From Candidatus Woesearchaeota archaeon (GTDB lineage Archaea; Nanobdellota; Nanobdellia; SCGC-AAA011-G17; UBA489), in NCBI GenBank assembly GCA_964366415.1, contig CAYITG010000001.1, forward strand, positions 583,663 through 647,662: a stretch of 64,000 nucleotides of DNA, in the 5' to 3' direction. Below, in pieces: positions 28,002 to 37,180 of this stretch (position 1 is its first letter; each line of letters starts with the position of its first letter). The notes beneath the pieces were generated by a model, which was not told where the DNA came from, searched no databases, and worked only from the letters and a program-made list of their open reading frames with translations. A program made the translations under genes and the position numbers.

Positions 28002-28040
28002 AACAAATCTTTAAATAGTCTTGGAACCTTGAAATTTGCT

Positions 28041-29153
28041 ATGAAGAGAGGTACTGCCAAGTGTGTTCATTGCGGCAATCAGATTCCTTCTGGTGCTAAT
28101 TACTGCCATCATTGCGGAAGAAGAACGCGTGGACTGCACACTGCCTTGAAATTATGCTCCCATTGTAAGAAACAGATTGATGCTATTTCTACGTATTGCA
28201 AACATTGTGGACATTCTCTCAGTGGAAAAAAACCAACATCACCCTTATCTTTTATGTTGCATATCCTTGTTTTCCTTATTCTTTTGCTTGCACTTTTTTT
28301 ACTTTATACCTACCCACGGCCTTTACAACAGATATCTGAAGAACAGCCAGTTTCTGCGTCCGTGTCTCTTCGTGACTTGGCATGCACACCGACAGCACGT
28401 GGATTTGATGTCTGTGGAACTATTGCTTTCGAAGGCGGAGCTTATGCTAAAGCGCACATTCCTGGCGGAGAAGAATTAGATGCTACGGAAAAACAATATG
28501 AACATTTCACCTACTGTCAATCTGTTGGCTCTGAGGAAGGGATGCGTGTGATACGAGGTTTCGTTTATGACGAACAAGATAACTTGATCGCTGATCGAGG
28601 CGAAGGAGTTTCTTGCGATAGACCCGATGTTACTCCCCTTGCTCAATCTTCTTCTTCTTATACCCATAAAAAAACTGTCCAGTTATATACGGAAAATCAA
28701 TTTGACCGACTAGAAGGGCAAGGACAAACGATTGTTCAGTTTCCAGATCCTGTTCTTTCCTGTACTGTTGATGGAGATTTTGTCATGGAAGATGGGGCTA
28801 GGAAAACAGGAACTAAAATATCGGGAACACAACAGTACTGCGACGGTGCACATGGAAGTTTCTCCGGACAACTTACTTTTGCACGACAATTCACTACTGT
28901 TGACGCTGATCCTTTTATGTGGGACAGCGTTGCTCTTATTGATCCCGAACCTGTAACCTATCAAGATTATCTTGCTTATACACGTACCTGCGATACACAA
29001 TATCGTATCAAAGAACGGTACTACACCTCTGTGCAGGCGCGCGGTGTTGGAACAAACGCGCTTGCTTTAAACTGGTATTATAAGAATGATGATACTCATC
29101 CACGTGTTTTCTTTACTTTTGATTTTACCTGCCAATTACGATCCTCTAACTAG
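28041..29153 (+). CDS. double zinc-ribbon membrane protein with extracellular domain
   Basis: Four CxxC motifs, one TM, C-terminal domain shared with ORF 35858. Confidence 0.75.
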   Translation: MKRGTAKCVHCGNQIPSGANYCHHCGRRTRGLHTALKLCSHCKKQIDAISTYCKHCGHSLSGKKPTSPLSFMLHILVFLILLLALFLLYTYPRPLQQISEEQPVSASVSLRDLACTPTARGFDVCGTIAFEGGAYAKAHIPGGEELDATEKQYEHFTYCQSVGSEEGMRVIRGFVYDEQDNLIADRGEGVSCDRPDVTPLAQSSSSYTHKKTVQLYTENQFDRLEGQGQTIVQFPDPVLSCTVDGDFVMEDGARKTGTKISGTQQYCDGAHGSFSGQLTFARQFTTVDADPFMWDSVALIDPEPVTYQDYLAYTRTCDTQYRIKERYYTSVQARGVGTNALALNWYYKNDDTHPRVFFTFDFTCQLRSSN

Positions 29154-29180
29154 ACCATAAGCTTTATAAGAATAAGGACA

Positions 29181-29966
29181 TTGCTTTACACTAGAGGTGT
29201 ACTGTTGAAAACTCACTGGCTTTTCCTTTTTGTCTCTTTAATCTTACTGATCGGATTCTTTTCTTCTTCGTCTTATACCGGGCATTATGTACGCGCGACA
29301 GAGGGACGTTTAGGATCTGGGCAGACGAGCGGTTTTGATTCTTTTGACACAACTTCTAACGCTTATCAATATTACGAAATCCGTGACCGCAATACTGAAT
29401 CTCGTCTTGTTTCTGTTCGTAGAGGCGATCAGGGTTTGTATAAAACCATGTTAAGCGAACAACCTACCTTTACTATGACAACTCTTCTTCAACAAGGGAA
29501 AGGAGACTTGGATTGCGATGGTGATGTTGATACACGTGACTTACGCTTTTTGAATGAGGCTTTTAGAAGGACTGATGACTCTTTGGATTCTACATTTGGT
29601 AAGGGACTCATGCGATTTTTTGAAGGCGTTGGAAACAATCGCGCAGAATTGATTGGCAATAAAGACATTTGTAGTATTGAAGCAGGAGATATCAATAGCA
29701 ACCAACGCTTGGATTATGCAGATTATGAGCTATTATATGATTATCTTTATAATGGCGGAGAATTGGAGTTTAGACATGTTCAAGCTGATTGTGGAGATGT
29801 TGGATCTCAACGCGTTAATGAGCTGGGAGAAATCTGCACTTGTGTTTCTTCTGAAGGACCATATACAAAAGAATCTTGCGTTCGTGCTCCTCACGGCTTT
29901 CGCGCAGTTCAGTCAGGACATAATGAAATAAAATTTCTTCCTCTCATGCCCCAGGAGTCCTATTAA
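29181..29966 (+). CDS. exported protein with two dockerin/EF-hand-like Ca-binding loops
   Basis: GDLDCDGDVDTRD and GDINSNQRLDYAD; start codon uncertain. Confidence 0.7.
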   Translation: MLYTRGVLLKTHWLFLFVSLILLIGFFSSSSYTGHYVRATEGRLGSGQTSGFDSFDTTSNAYQYYEIRDRNTESRLVSVRRGDQGLYKTMLSEQPTFTMTTLLQQGKGDLDCDGDVDTRDLRFLNEAFRRTDDSLDSTFGKGLMRFFEGVGNNRAELIGNKDICSIEAGDINSNQRLDYADYELLYDYLYNGGELEFRHVQADCGDVGSQRVNELGEICTCVSSEGPYTKESCVRAPHGFRAVQSGHNEIKFLPLMPQESY

Positions 29967-30005
29967 TTACGAAAGTCTTAATAATCGGTTTCTCTTGTTT
30001 ATCTT

Positions 30006-30680
30006 ATGAAAAGAAGTCAATCTTTTCTTGAAAATGTTATTGTCACGGGAATGGTTATCTCATTTGTTACTATTCTTTTCTACTTTTCATCAGACTTTAC
30101 TTTCTTTCATTATCGACAACAAGAAGCAGATGATGCTCTTCGTAACTTATTAATTACTGCTAATGCTGTTCATGAACTTGGTCCAGGCAACAAACAAGAA
30201 ATAATTGTTAATATTCCTGAAAATATTCAACTTGATGTTAATGCTCGTGAACTTCTTGCTTATGACTCTGCTGGAGACATCAATGCAAGTTTGCGCACCA
30301 CTTTTGATGTTGTAGGATCTATTCAATCTGGTGAAGGCATTTCTAAAGTTTCTGTTCGTGCTGTCAACCAAACTCTTGTGAAAATTGGCAAATGGCCTTT
30401 TATTCTTTCTCTGCAGCCGCAACAAGTTGATTTCACTTTGCTTCCTGTGACAGTTTATATTTATGGAGAAGACTTAGACCTTACTACACATCTCACTGTG
30501 AATGGTGTTGCTAAAGGTGCTCTTGTTGCTTATACTGTTTTTAATAGCACTCTCGCTCAGTTTACTGTTGCTCCTACTGTTTTTCCAGCCCTTAATCCTT
30601 TTGCAGTCTATAGAATTGCTGTGGCTAATACTACTAGTAGAATTACTTCAAATGTCGTTCCTTTTTATGTGCAGCCCTAG
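30006..30680 (+). CDS. pilin-like protein (class III signal peptide) with Ig/IPT-like C-terminus
   Basis: MKRS/QSFLE plus TM; ANAVHELGPG. Confidence 0.75.
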   Translation: MKRSQSFLENVIVTGMVISFVTILFYFSSDFTFFHYRQQEADDALRNLLITANAVHELGPGNKQEIIVNIPENIQLDVNARELLAYDSAGDINASLRTTFDVVGSIQSGEGISKVSVRAVNQTLVKIGKWPFILSLQPQQVDFTLLPVTVYIYGEDLDLTTHLTVNGVAKGALVAYTVFNSTLAQFTVAPTVFPALNPFAVYRIAVANTTSRITSNVVPFYVQP

Positions 30681-30716
30681 CGTACTTTTATAAATCATCT
30701 TTCCCTGCCCTTTTCT

Positions 30717-32054
30717 ATGGTTTTGGAAGCATTAGGCGAAAATCTGAAAAACACGCTCAAGAAGATCACGCAGGCTTTATTTGTCAATGAACGCTTGATT
30801 GATGAGCTTGTTAAAGATATTCAGAGGGCTCTTTTGCAAGCAGACGTGCAGGTGCAACTTGTTTTTACTCTTACTAAAAAAATTAAGGGGCGCGCATTAG
30901 ATGAAAAACCGCCCGCTGGTGTCAGCCAACGTGAACACCTTATTACCATCGTCTATGAAGAACTTGTTTCCTTTTTTGGAGAAGAGCGTAAAGGATTGGA
31001 CATTACTAAGAAAAAACCTTTCATCGTTATGCTTGTTGGTTTGTATGGCAGCGGAAAAACAACAACTGCTGGGAAGTTAGCCAAATATTTCTCTACCCGT
31101 GGATCGAAGATTGCAACCATAGGATTAGATGTCCATCGACCAGCTGCTCCTACCCAATTGAAAATGGTTTCTGATGCTGTTCATGTTGACAGTTATATCT
31201 CGCCAGGAGAAAAAAATCCCCTTAAAATTTGGAAGCAATATGAAAAACAATTGAAAAAATATGATCTTGTCATTGTTGACACTGCTGGACGTGATGCCTT
31301 GAGTAAAGATCTTATCAAAGAGATTGAAGATGTTGCAAAAACTATCAACGCTGATGAAAAATTGTTGGTTATTAGCGCTGATATCGGACAAGCAGCCTTA
31401 CAGCAAGCTCAGCAATTCCATCAAAGTTGCCATATTACAGGCGTTGTTGTTACTAAACTTGATGGCACTGCACGAGGAGGAGGAAGCTTAAGTGCTTGCG
31501 CTGCTACTGGCGCCCCGATTAAATTTATTGGTGTTGGAGAGAAGATGGAGGATTTGGAAGTCTTTTCACCTGAAGGATTTGTCGGGCGTTTATTGGGTAT
31601 GGGAGATCTTGAAGCCTTATTGGAAAAAGCACGAGAGGCTATGACGACTGAAGATGCGGAAACGATGAGCAAACGCCTGATGAGCGGAGAGTTTAATTTT
31701 CTAGACCTTTATGATCAATTGCAAGCCATGAAAAAAATGGGGCCTTTAACAAAAGTCATGGAGATGATTCCGGGACTTGGAAGCATGAAGATTCCCAAAG
31801 ACATGCTTGATGTTCAAGATGAAAAACTGACAAAATGGAAATATATCCTTAATTCTATGACCAAAGAAGAATTAGAACAACCCGATCTTTTAGAGAGAGG
31901 AAGAATTGAACGCATTGCCAAAGGGAGTGGATGCAGTGTTGGTGATGTGCGAGAATTATTGAAACAATATCAACAAAGCAAGAAAGTCATGAAGATGATG
32001 AAAGGAAAGAATCCAGAAAAACTTATGAAACAATTTGGAAAAATGAAGCGATAA
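30717..32054 (+). CDS. srp54: signal recognition particle protein SRP54
   Basis: GLYGSGKTTT, DTAGR, TKLDGTARGGG, M-domain SMT..EL, RIAKGSG. Confidence 0.97.
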   Translation: MVLEALGENLKNTLKKITQALFVNERLIDELVKDIQRALLQADVQVQLVFTLTKKIKGRALDEKPPAGVSQREHLITIVYEELVSFFGEERKGLDITKKKPFIVMLVGLYGSGKTTTAGKLAKYFSTRGSKIATIGLDVHRPAAPTQLKMVSDAVHVDSYISPGEKNPLKIWKQYEKQLKKYDLVIVDTAGRDALSKDLIKEIEDVAKTINADEKLLVISADIGQAALQQAQQFHQSCHITGVVVTKLDGTARGGGSLSACAATGAPIKFIGVGEKMEDLEVFSPEGFVGRLLGMGDLEALLEKAREAMTTEDAETMSKRLMSGEFNFLDLYDQLQAMKKMGPLTKVMEMIPGLGSMKIPKDMLDVQDEKLTKWKYILNSMTKEELEQPDLLERGRIERIAKGSGCSVGDVRELLKQYQQSKKVMKMMKGKNPEKLMKQFGKMKR

Positions 32055-32074
32055 CTTTTGCAAAGAGGTGATGC

Positions 32075-32176
32075 ATGATTCTTCAATGTGAGGAATGCGG
32101 AAAAGAAATTGAATATGAAGGACATGATGATAAGCTTATTGGCAATTATTACTGCGAACATTGCAGGAGCGAGTAA
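32075..32176 (+). CDS. 33-aa zinc-finger microprotein
   Basis: GAGGTGA SD; MILQCEECGKEIEYEGHDDKLIGNYYCEHCRSE; stop abuts the bud32 ATG. Confidence 0.7.
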   Translation: MILQCEECGKEIEYEGHDDKLIGNYYCEHCRSE

Positions 32177-32803
32177 ATGAAGATTGTTGGACGTGGCGCA
32201 GAAGCTTTGCTTTATCGAGAAGGAGACATTCTTGTGAAAGAACGCATTATTAAGAATTATCGCTTACCTGAGATTGATCAAGAATTGAGAAAACTACGCA
32301 CACGACGCGAAGGAAAGCTTTTACAGAAATTAGAAGGTGTGGTGCCTATAGTCTATGATGTTGATGAAGAAAAGATGCAGATTCGCATGGCTTATTTGGA
32401 TGGACATCTTGTTCGTGATATTCTTGATCAGAAAACACCCGCAGAACAAAAAGTTTTGTTGAGAGAAATTGGCAGAATTGTTGGATTATTTCATAGCAAA
32501 GATGTTATTCATGGAGATCTTACTACTTCAAACATTATTCTTCAAGAAGGAAAAGTTTTCTTTATTGATTTTGGATTGGGATTTATCAGCTTGAAATCAG
32601 AAGACAAAGCTGTTGACCTCCATGTTTTTCGGCAGGCTTTGGAAAGTAAGCATTACCAACATGCTGACCGTTGTTATCCTTGGTTTTTAGAAGGATACCG
32701 CCAATGGAAAGGCAGTGCTGATGTTCTTACACGCCTAGAAAAGGTAGAAGCGCGCGGTCGTTATAAAAGAAAAACAACTTCTTCCTCTGCAGAAAGATTT
32801 TAA
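32177..32803 (+). CDS. bud32: KEOPS kinase Bud32
   Basis: GAEA, KERI.K.YR, HGDLTTSN, IDFGL, EDKAVDL, RGRY. Confidence 0.95.
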   Translation: MKIVGRGAEALLYREGDILVKERIIKNYRLPEIDQELRKLRTRREGKLLQKLEGVVPIVYDVDEEKMQIRMAYLDGHLVRDILDQKTPAEQKVLLREIGRIVGLFHSKDVIHGDLTTSNIILQEGKVFFIDFGLGFISLKSEDKAVDLHVFRQALESKHYQHADRCYPWFLEGYRQWKGSADVLTRLEKVEARGRYKRKTTSSSAERF

Positions 32804-32829
32804 AAGCGCTCCACTCTTGTTTCCTTCAT

Positions 32830-32902
32830 AGCCCCGTCGTCTAGCGGCCTAGGATTCAGCCCTTTGGAGGCTGAGACGGAAGTTCAAATCTTCCCGGGGC
32901 TA
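32830..32902 (+). tRNA. tRNA-Gln(TTG)
   Basis: AGCCCCG/CGGGGCT acceptor stem, anticodon arm CAGCC-CTTTGGA-GGCTG, GTTCAAATC; T-run after. Confidence 0.95.
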
Positions 32903-32919
32903 CTTTTTGGATATGTATC

Positions 32920-33294
32920 ATGAACGATCTTTGGATTATTGCACTTGCCTTTGTAGGTTTTGTTAATTCTTTTTATATTTATTATAAAAAACAGAAACAT
33001 CAACAGTTAGTTTGCATCATTGGTTCGCATTGCAACACTGTTATTCGCAGCAAATATGCGACACTTTTTGGCATCGATAATACTCTTCTTGGCATGGCAT
33101 ATTACGCATTCCTTATTTTTATTTTTTTGATTACTTCACCTTTCTTTGGACTTTACTTTCTTGTTGGAGGGGTTGCACTTGTTTCTCTTTATCTTTTATA
33201 CATTCAACTTGTCGTATTGAAAGAATGGTGTGATTACTGCCTTTTAGCTGCTTTTATCAATCTCCTTCTGGTAGTACTGCTGTTTTTTCCATAA
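32920..33294 (+). CDS. vitamin K epoxide reductase (VKOR) family protein
   Basis: C...C..V..SKYA..FG loop and WCDYC redox motif, four TMs. Confidence 0.9.
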   Translation: MNDLWIIALAFVGFVNSFYIYYKKQKHQQLVCIIGSHCNTVIRSKYATLFGIDNTLLGMAYYAFLIFIFLITSPFFGLYFLVGGVALVSLYLLYIQLVVLKEWCDYCLLAAFINLLLVVLLFFP

Positions 33295-33326
33295 GTTTTA
33301 TAAAGCTTCTTTTGGACGAATTCTTT

Positions 33327-33782
33327 ATGGCACGTTTATATTCTAAGAAGAAGGGTAAAAGCAGAAGCAAACGCCCAGCAAAGCGTTCAAAACCAAGTTG
33401 GGTTGCTTATGACGCCAAGACTGTGGAACAGCTCGTTGTTAAACTTGCCAAGACAGGCATTCCTGCAAGCCAAATTGGCCTTACTATGAGAGACTCTTAT
33501 GGTGTTCCTGATATCAAAGCTGTCACTAAAAAAAGGATTGCCATCATTCTTACCGAGAATAATATCCCGCGCAAACTTCCTGATGATCTTGTTGCTCTTA
33601 TCAAGAAGGATATTTCTATTGTCAAACACATTGAAGGACATAAAAAAGATGGACCTAGTCTTCGCGGACTCATTTTAACTGAAAGTAAAATCGGACGCTT
33701 AGCAAAGTATTACAAGCGAGCCGGAAAATTACCTACTGATTGGAAGTTTGATCGTGCAAAGGCAAAGCTTTTAATTGAGTAA
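33327..33782 (+). CDS. rps15: 30S ribosomal protein S15 (uS15)
   Basis: MARLYSKKKGKSRS, LPDDL, ESKIGRLAKYYK. Confidence 0.95.
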   Translation: MARLYSKKKGKSRSKRPAKRSKPSWVAYDAKTVEQLVVKLAKTGIPASQIGLTMRDSYGVPDIKAVTKKRIAIILTENNIPRKLPDDLVALIKKDISIVKHIEGHKKDGPSLRGLILTESKIGRLAKYYKRAGKLPTDWKFDRAKAKLLIE

Positions 33783-33802
33783 ATCTTTCCTTTTTTTCTA
33801 AA

Positions 33803-35194
33803 ATGGGGTTTCCTGAACGTATCCAACAAGCAGTATTGCTCTTTCGTGAACGAGTGCCACAAGGACCTCTTCTTGTTGTTGGAAATTTAGATACTGATGG
33901 CCTTACCGCAACTTCTCTTCTTGTTCGAGCTTTGATGCGCGAACAACTTACCTTTTCTGTTCAGATCATTAAACAACTCAGTGACAACTATCTTGACGAA
34001 CTCAAAGATTGTCCTTACCCTACTATCATGTTTACCGATTTAGGCAGTGGTTATCTTACTGGCATTGAACAAAAATTACAAGGAAAACATATTTTTATTT
34101 TAGATCATCACTATCCTGAAAAGAGAGATGTTGCTGATTGGATTGTTCATGTGAACCCTCATCTTGATGGCATTGATGGAACGAAAGACGTGAGTGCTGC
34201 TGGTGTGAGCTATTTTTTTGTACGTACTTTAGATCCCAAGAACAAAGATTTAGCTCACCTTGCTCTCGTTGGGGCTGTAGGCGATATTCAAGAGTATATG
34301 GGCTTTAGGGGTCTTAACCGCGATATCTTGAAAGACGCTTTAGATCTTGGACTCCTTGAAGTGAAGGAAGGACTTCGCATGTTTGGAGCATATACGCGAC
34401 CCTTACATAAAGTCTTAGAATATAGCACTCATCCTTATCTTCCTGGCGTGACTGGCAATCGCGCAGGAGCTATCCGCTTTTTAGAAGAACATGGCTTTGC
34501 TAAAAAAGGCATGGGTGAATCTCTTCGCTTAAGCAATCTTCATCAAGAAGATGTTGATCGCCTCTTACATCTTCTTCATCAAAAAGATGGTGATGCTGTT
34601 GGACCAGTGTATTTGTTACGAGGCGTACATGAAGATTATCCTTTGCGCGACTTGAAAGAATTTAGCACATTATTGAATGCGTGTGGAAGAATGGGCAAAG
34701 CAAGTTTAGGTATTGGTGTTTGTTTGCAAGATCAACTATCGCGCAAGAGATCTTTTGAAATCTTAGAGGATTATCGCAGAGAAATCATGCAGGGATTAGA
34801 ATGGTTTTACCAACATCGCAATAGTGAGCACATCATTGAGAAAAAAGGATTTGTTATTATCAATGCAGATGGAAATATTCGTGATAGCATCATTGGTACT
34901 CTTGCTTCTTTAGTCAGTAAGAGTAATTTGTACCCTGAACGAACCATAATTATGAGCATGGCACGCACACTTGATGATGACATTAAAGTCAGCATGCGCT
35001 TGTCTGGATTTACGTCGCAGGAAGACATTGATTTACGTGTCCTTCTGAAAAGCATTCTTGAAAAAACGGGGGGTTATGGTGGAGGACACCGTTTAGCTGC
35101 AGGCGGTACAGTCCCGCCAGACAAAGAAAAACTCCTTATAGAAACTGCCCTTGATGTTTTAGGGCGCGCTGTTGTGGAACAACGAGTTGTTTAG
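33803..35194 (+). CDS. RecJ-like DHH/DHHA1 phosphoesterase
   Basis: DTDG, TDLG, LDHH, LLNACGR, GGGH motifs; between rps15 and rps3ae. Confidence 0.9.
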   Translation: MGFPERIQQAVLLFRERVPQGPLLVVGNLDTDGLTATSLLVRALMREQLTFSVQIIKQLSDNYLDELKDCPYPTIMFTDLGSGYLTGIEQKLQGKHIFILDHHYPEKRDVADWIVHVNPHLDGIDGTKDVSAAGVSYFFVRTLDPKNKDLAHLALVGAVGDIQEYMGFRGLNRDILKDALDLGLLEVKEGLRMFGAYTRPLHKVLEYSTHPYLPGVTGNRAGAIRFLEEHGFAKKGMGESLRLSNLHQEDVDRLLHLLHQKDGDAVGPVYLLRGVHEDYPLRDLKEFSTLLNACGRMGKASLGIGVCLQDQLSRKRSFEILEDYRREIMQGLEWFYQHRNSEHIIEKKGFVIINADGNIRDSIIGTLASLVSKSNLYPERTIIMSMARTLDDDIKVSMRLSGFTSQEDIDLRVLLKSILEKTGGYGGGHRLAAGGTVPPDKEKLLIETALDVLGRAVVEQRVV

Positions 35195-35239
35195 GCTTCT
35201 TTCAAAAGCTTTAAAAATGCTCTTTTCTGCCATCTCTTC

Positions 35240-35797
35240 ATGGCATCAGAAAAACAACGCTCTAAGAAAAAATGGTACCCTATTGTCGCCAAAGGGGAAT
35301 TTGACAAGATTTCCTTAGGGGAAAGTCTTGTTGGATCTTCCAAAGATCTTATGGGGAAAACACTTCATCTCAATCTTATGACGTTGACCAATGATCCTAA
35401 AAAACAAGGCGTTACTCTTGTCTTTAAAGTCACTTCTGTTGAGGAAGACACTGGACAAGCTGAGCTTATGGGTTATCGCTTAAGCACCGCTCATGTAAAA
35501 CGCGTTGTTAGAAAAGCTATCCGACGCTTGGATGATTCATTTATTCTTACTAGCAAAGACAACATTACTTTTGTTGTCAAACCACTTCTTATCGCACGTT
35601 ACCGCACCAATAAAAAATTAGGAACGGCCTTACGTAAACGTGCACGTGAAGTCTTTCAACAAGTGTTCCAACGCATGAAGAGTGATGAAATTTTTATGTA
35701 TGCTATCAGCAATAGATTACAAATGGATGTTAAGAATGATCTCAAGAAGATTTATCCTATTGCTGTCAGCGAAATACGTGTTCTTGAACGACAATAA
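35240..35797 (+). CDS. rps3ae: 30S ribosomal protein S3Ae
   Basis: KKWYPIVA N-terminus and KKIYPI..SEIR C-terminus. Confidence 0.9.
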   Translation: MASEKQRSKKKWYPIVAKGEFDKISLGESLVGSSKDLMGKTLHLNLMTLTNDPKKQGVTLVFKVTSVEEDTGQAELMGYRLSTAHVKRVVRKAIRRLDDSFILTSKDNITFVVKPLLIARYRTNKKLGTALRKRAREVFQQVFQRMKSDEIFMYAISNRLQMDVKNDLKKIYPIAVSEIRVLERQ

Positions 35798-35857
35798 CAT
35801 TCACCGAAAGCTATAAAAAGAAGGGTGTCCTCGGCAAGATAGAAAAGAGGCACTTGC

Positions 35858-36643
35858 ATGAATCCTTGGCTGACTGTCATTACAATGATCATTCTCTTGC
35901 TAGGCTTTTTTTCCAGCGATGTTTCTCGTCAAGATGTGCTTACTGGTACTGCCGTTCATAACGCAGATGATACCTTTACTGACTCCTTTTACTTTCGTGC
36001 CTGGAAAACTACAGGAATTTCTCATGGTAGTGGAAGCAGAGGTGATGGCGTTGTTACCATTGAACTTCCCAGAGAGCCTGAATCTTGCACCTTAACCACA
36101 CGATGGGAAACAGATAACAAACTCTTTGCTAGCTTAGGACGTCCTCAGTTATCTTGTCACAAAGCACAAGGCTCCACAACAGGAACTGTTGATCTTAGAC
36201 AACAGTCTACCCTAAGTGATCCTACCTTATTCCGCTGGGCTGGGGGCACAGAACCCCAAGTTGATCCGCCGCCTTACCGCGTTGATGATTATGTGTTCCA
36301 TGCATGGACATGCGACCATTTGTATTATACCTCAAAAGGGAAACGATATTACACCCGTGCTTCCATTCCTCGTTTTGGCAGTAAAACTTTGGAGCTTCAT
36401 TGGGAATATTACAATGATGATACTTTGCCTGCTGTTGATGTCTTTGCTGATTTGACGTGTCAACTTAAGACGGAGAAGAAACCTGTTGCAAAAAAGGTTA
36501 CTCTTTCATCACCCAAAATAGAGGAACCTTCAGTTATTCCTCAAGCATTTGATGTTGATGTTGAAGCATTAGAACCTGTTGTTGTGGAACAACCACGAGG
36601 ATGGTCCCGTTTTACACAATGGCTTAGCCGCATCTTTTTCTAA
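35858..36643 (+). CDS. exported protein with a domain paralogous to ORF 28041
   Basis: TM plus LTGTAV; shared TCD..RYYT..W.Y.NDDT.P...D.TCQL motif. Confidence 0.7.
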   Translation: MNPWLTVITMIILLLGFFSSDVSRQDVLTGTAVHNADDTFTDSFYFRAWKTTGISHGSGSRGDGVVTIELPREPESCTLTTRWETDNKLFASLGRPQLSCHKAQGSTTGTVDLRQQSTLSDPTLFRWAGGTEPQVDPPPYRVDDYVFHAWTCDHLYYTSKGKRYYTRASIPRFGSKTLELHWEYYNDDTLPAVDVFADLTCQLKTEKKPVAKKVTLSSPKIEEPSVIPQAFDVDVEALEPVVVEQPRGWSRFTQWLSRIFF

Positions 36644-36685
36644 CATGTAGAAAGATATTTAAATCATTGATGGCTGATATCTGAG

Positions 36686-37180
36686 ATGGAAGAGAGGTTT
36701 GGGCGAACATTTCTATTAGTGACTTTAGGCTTGTTAGGGCTTTCTTTCTTTTCTTATCAGACAAATTTTGGCACTGGGCAGGTTACTGCTGCTGGAGATT
36801 CTTATTATGACTGCAATGATGTTACTTATGCGCAATCCCGTGCTTCCCATGGAGAATATGATTATACTTATGATCTTGACCGCGATCACGATGTTGATAC
36901 TGATGATGTTGATCTTGTTAAACTTGAAGCAGTGCAACATCCTTGTCCAGAGAATGACTGTTTAGAAGTAGGAAGGACTCGTTGTAATATCATGGGAGAG
37001 CTTGTTATGTGCGAGCTTAATGAATATGGGAAAAAAGTAGAGATCGCAACTCCTTGTGAAGAAGGTAGATGCGTCACGAAGACACGCCAACGCATGGAAC
37101 GCTTTGACAATGTTCATACAGGTCCTATACAATTACGTTATGGCGTCTGCGAAGTTCCCTTTAGAGGAACACCTTACTGA
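36686..37180 (+). CDS. exported Cys-rich protein with EF-hand/dockerin-like loop
   Basis: TM plus GTGQV; YDLDRDHDVDTDD; eight Cys. Confidence 0.7.
   Translation: MEERFGRTFLLVTLGLLGLSFFSYQTNFGTGQVTAAGDSYYDCNDVTYAQSRASHGEYDYTYDLDRDHDVDTDDVDLVKLEAVQHPCPENDCLEVGRTRCNIMGELVMCELNEYGKKVEIATPCEEGRCVTKTRQRMERFDNVHTGPIQLRYGVCEVPFRGTPY

Noticed and set aside
28041-28070. MKRG/T as a class III signal peptide
   Set aside because: Followed by Zn ribbons rather than a hydrophobic helix
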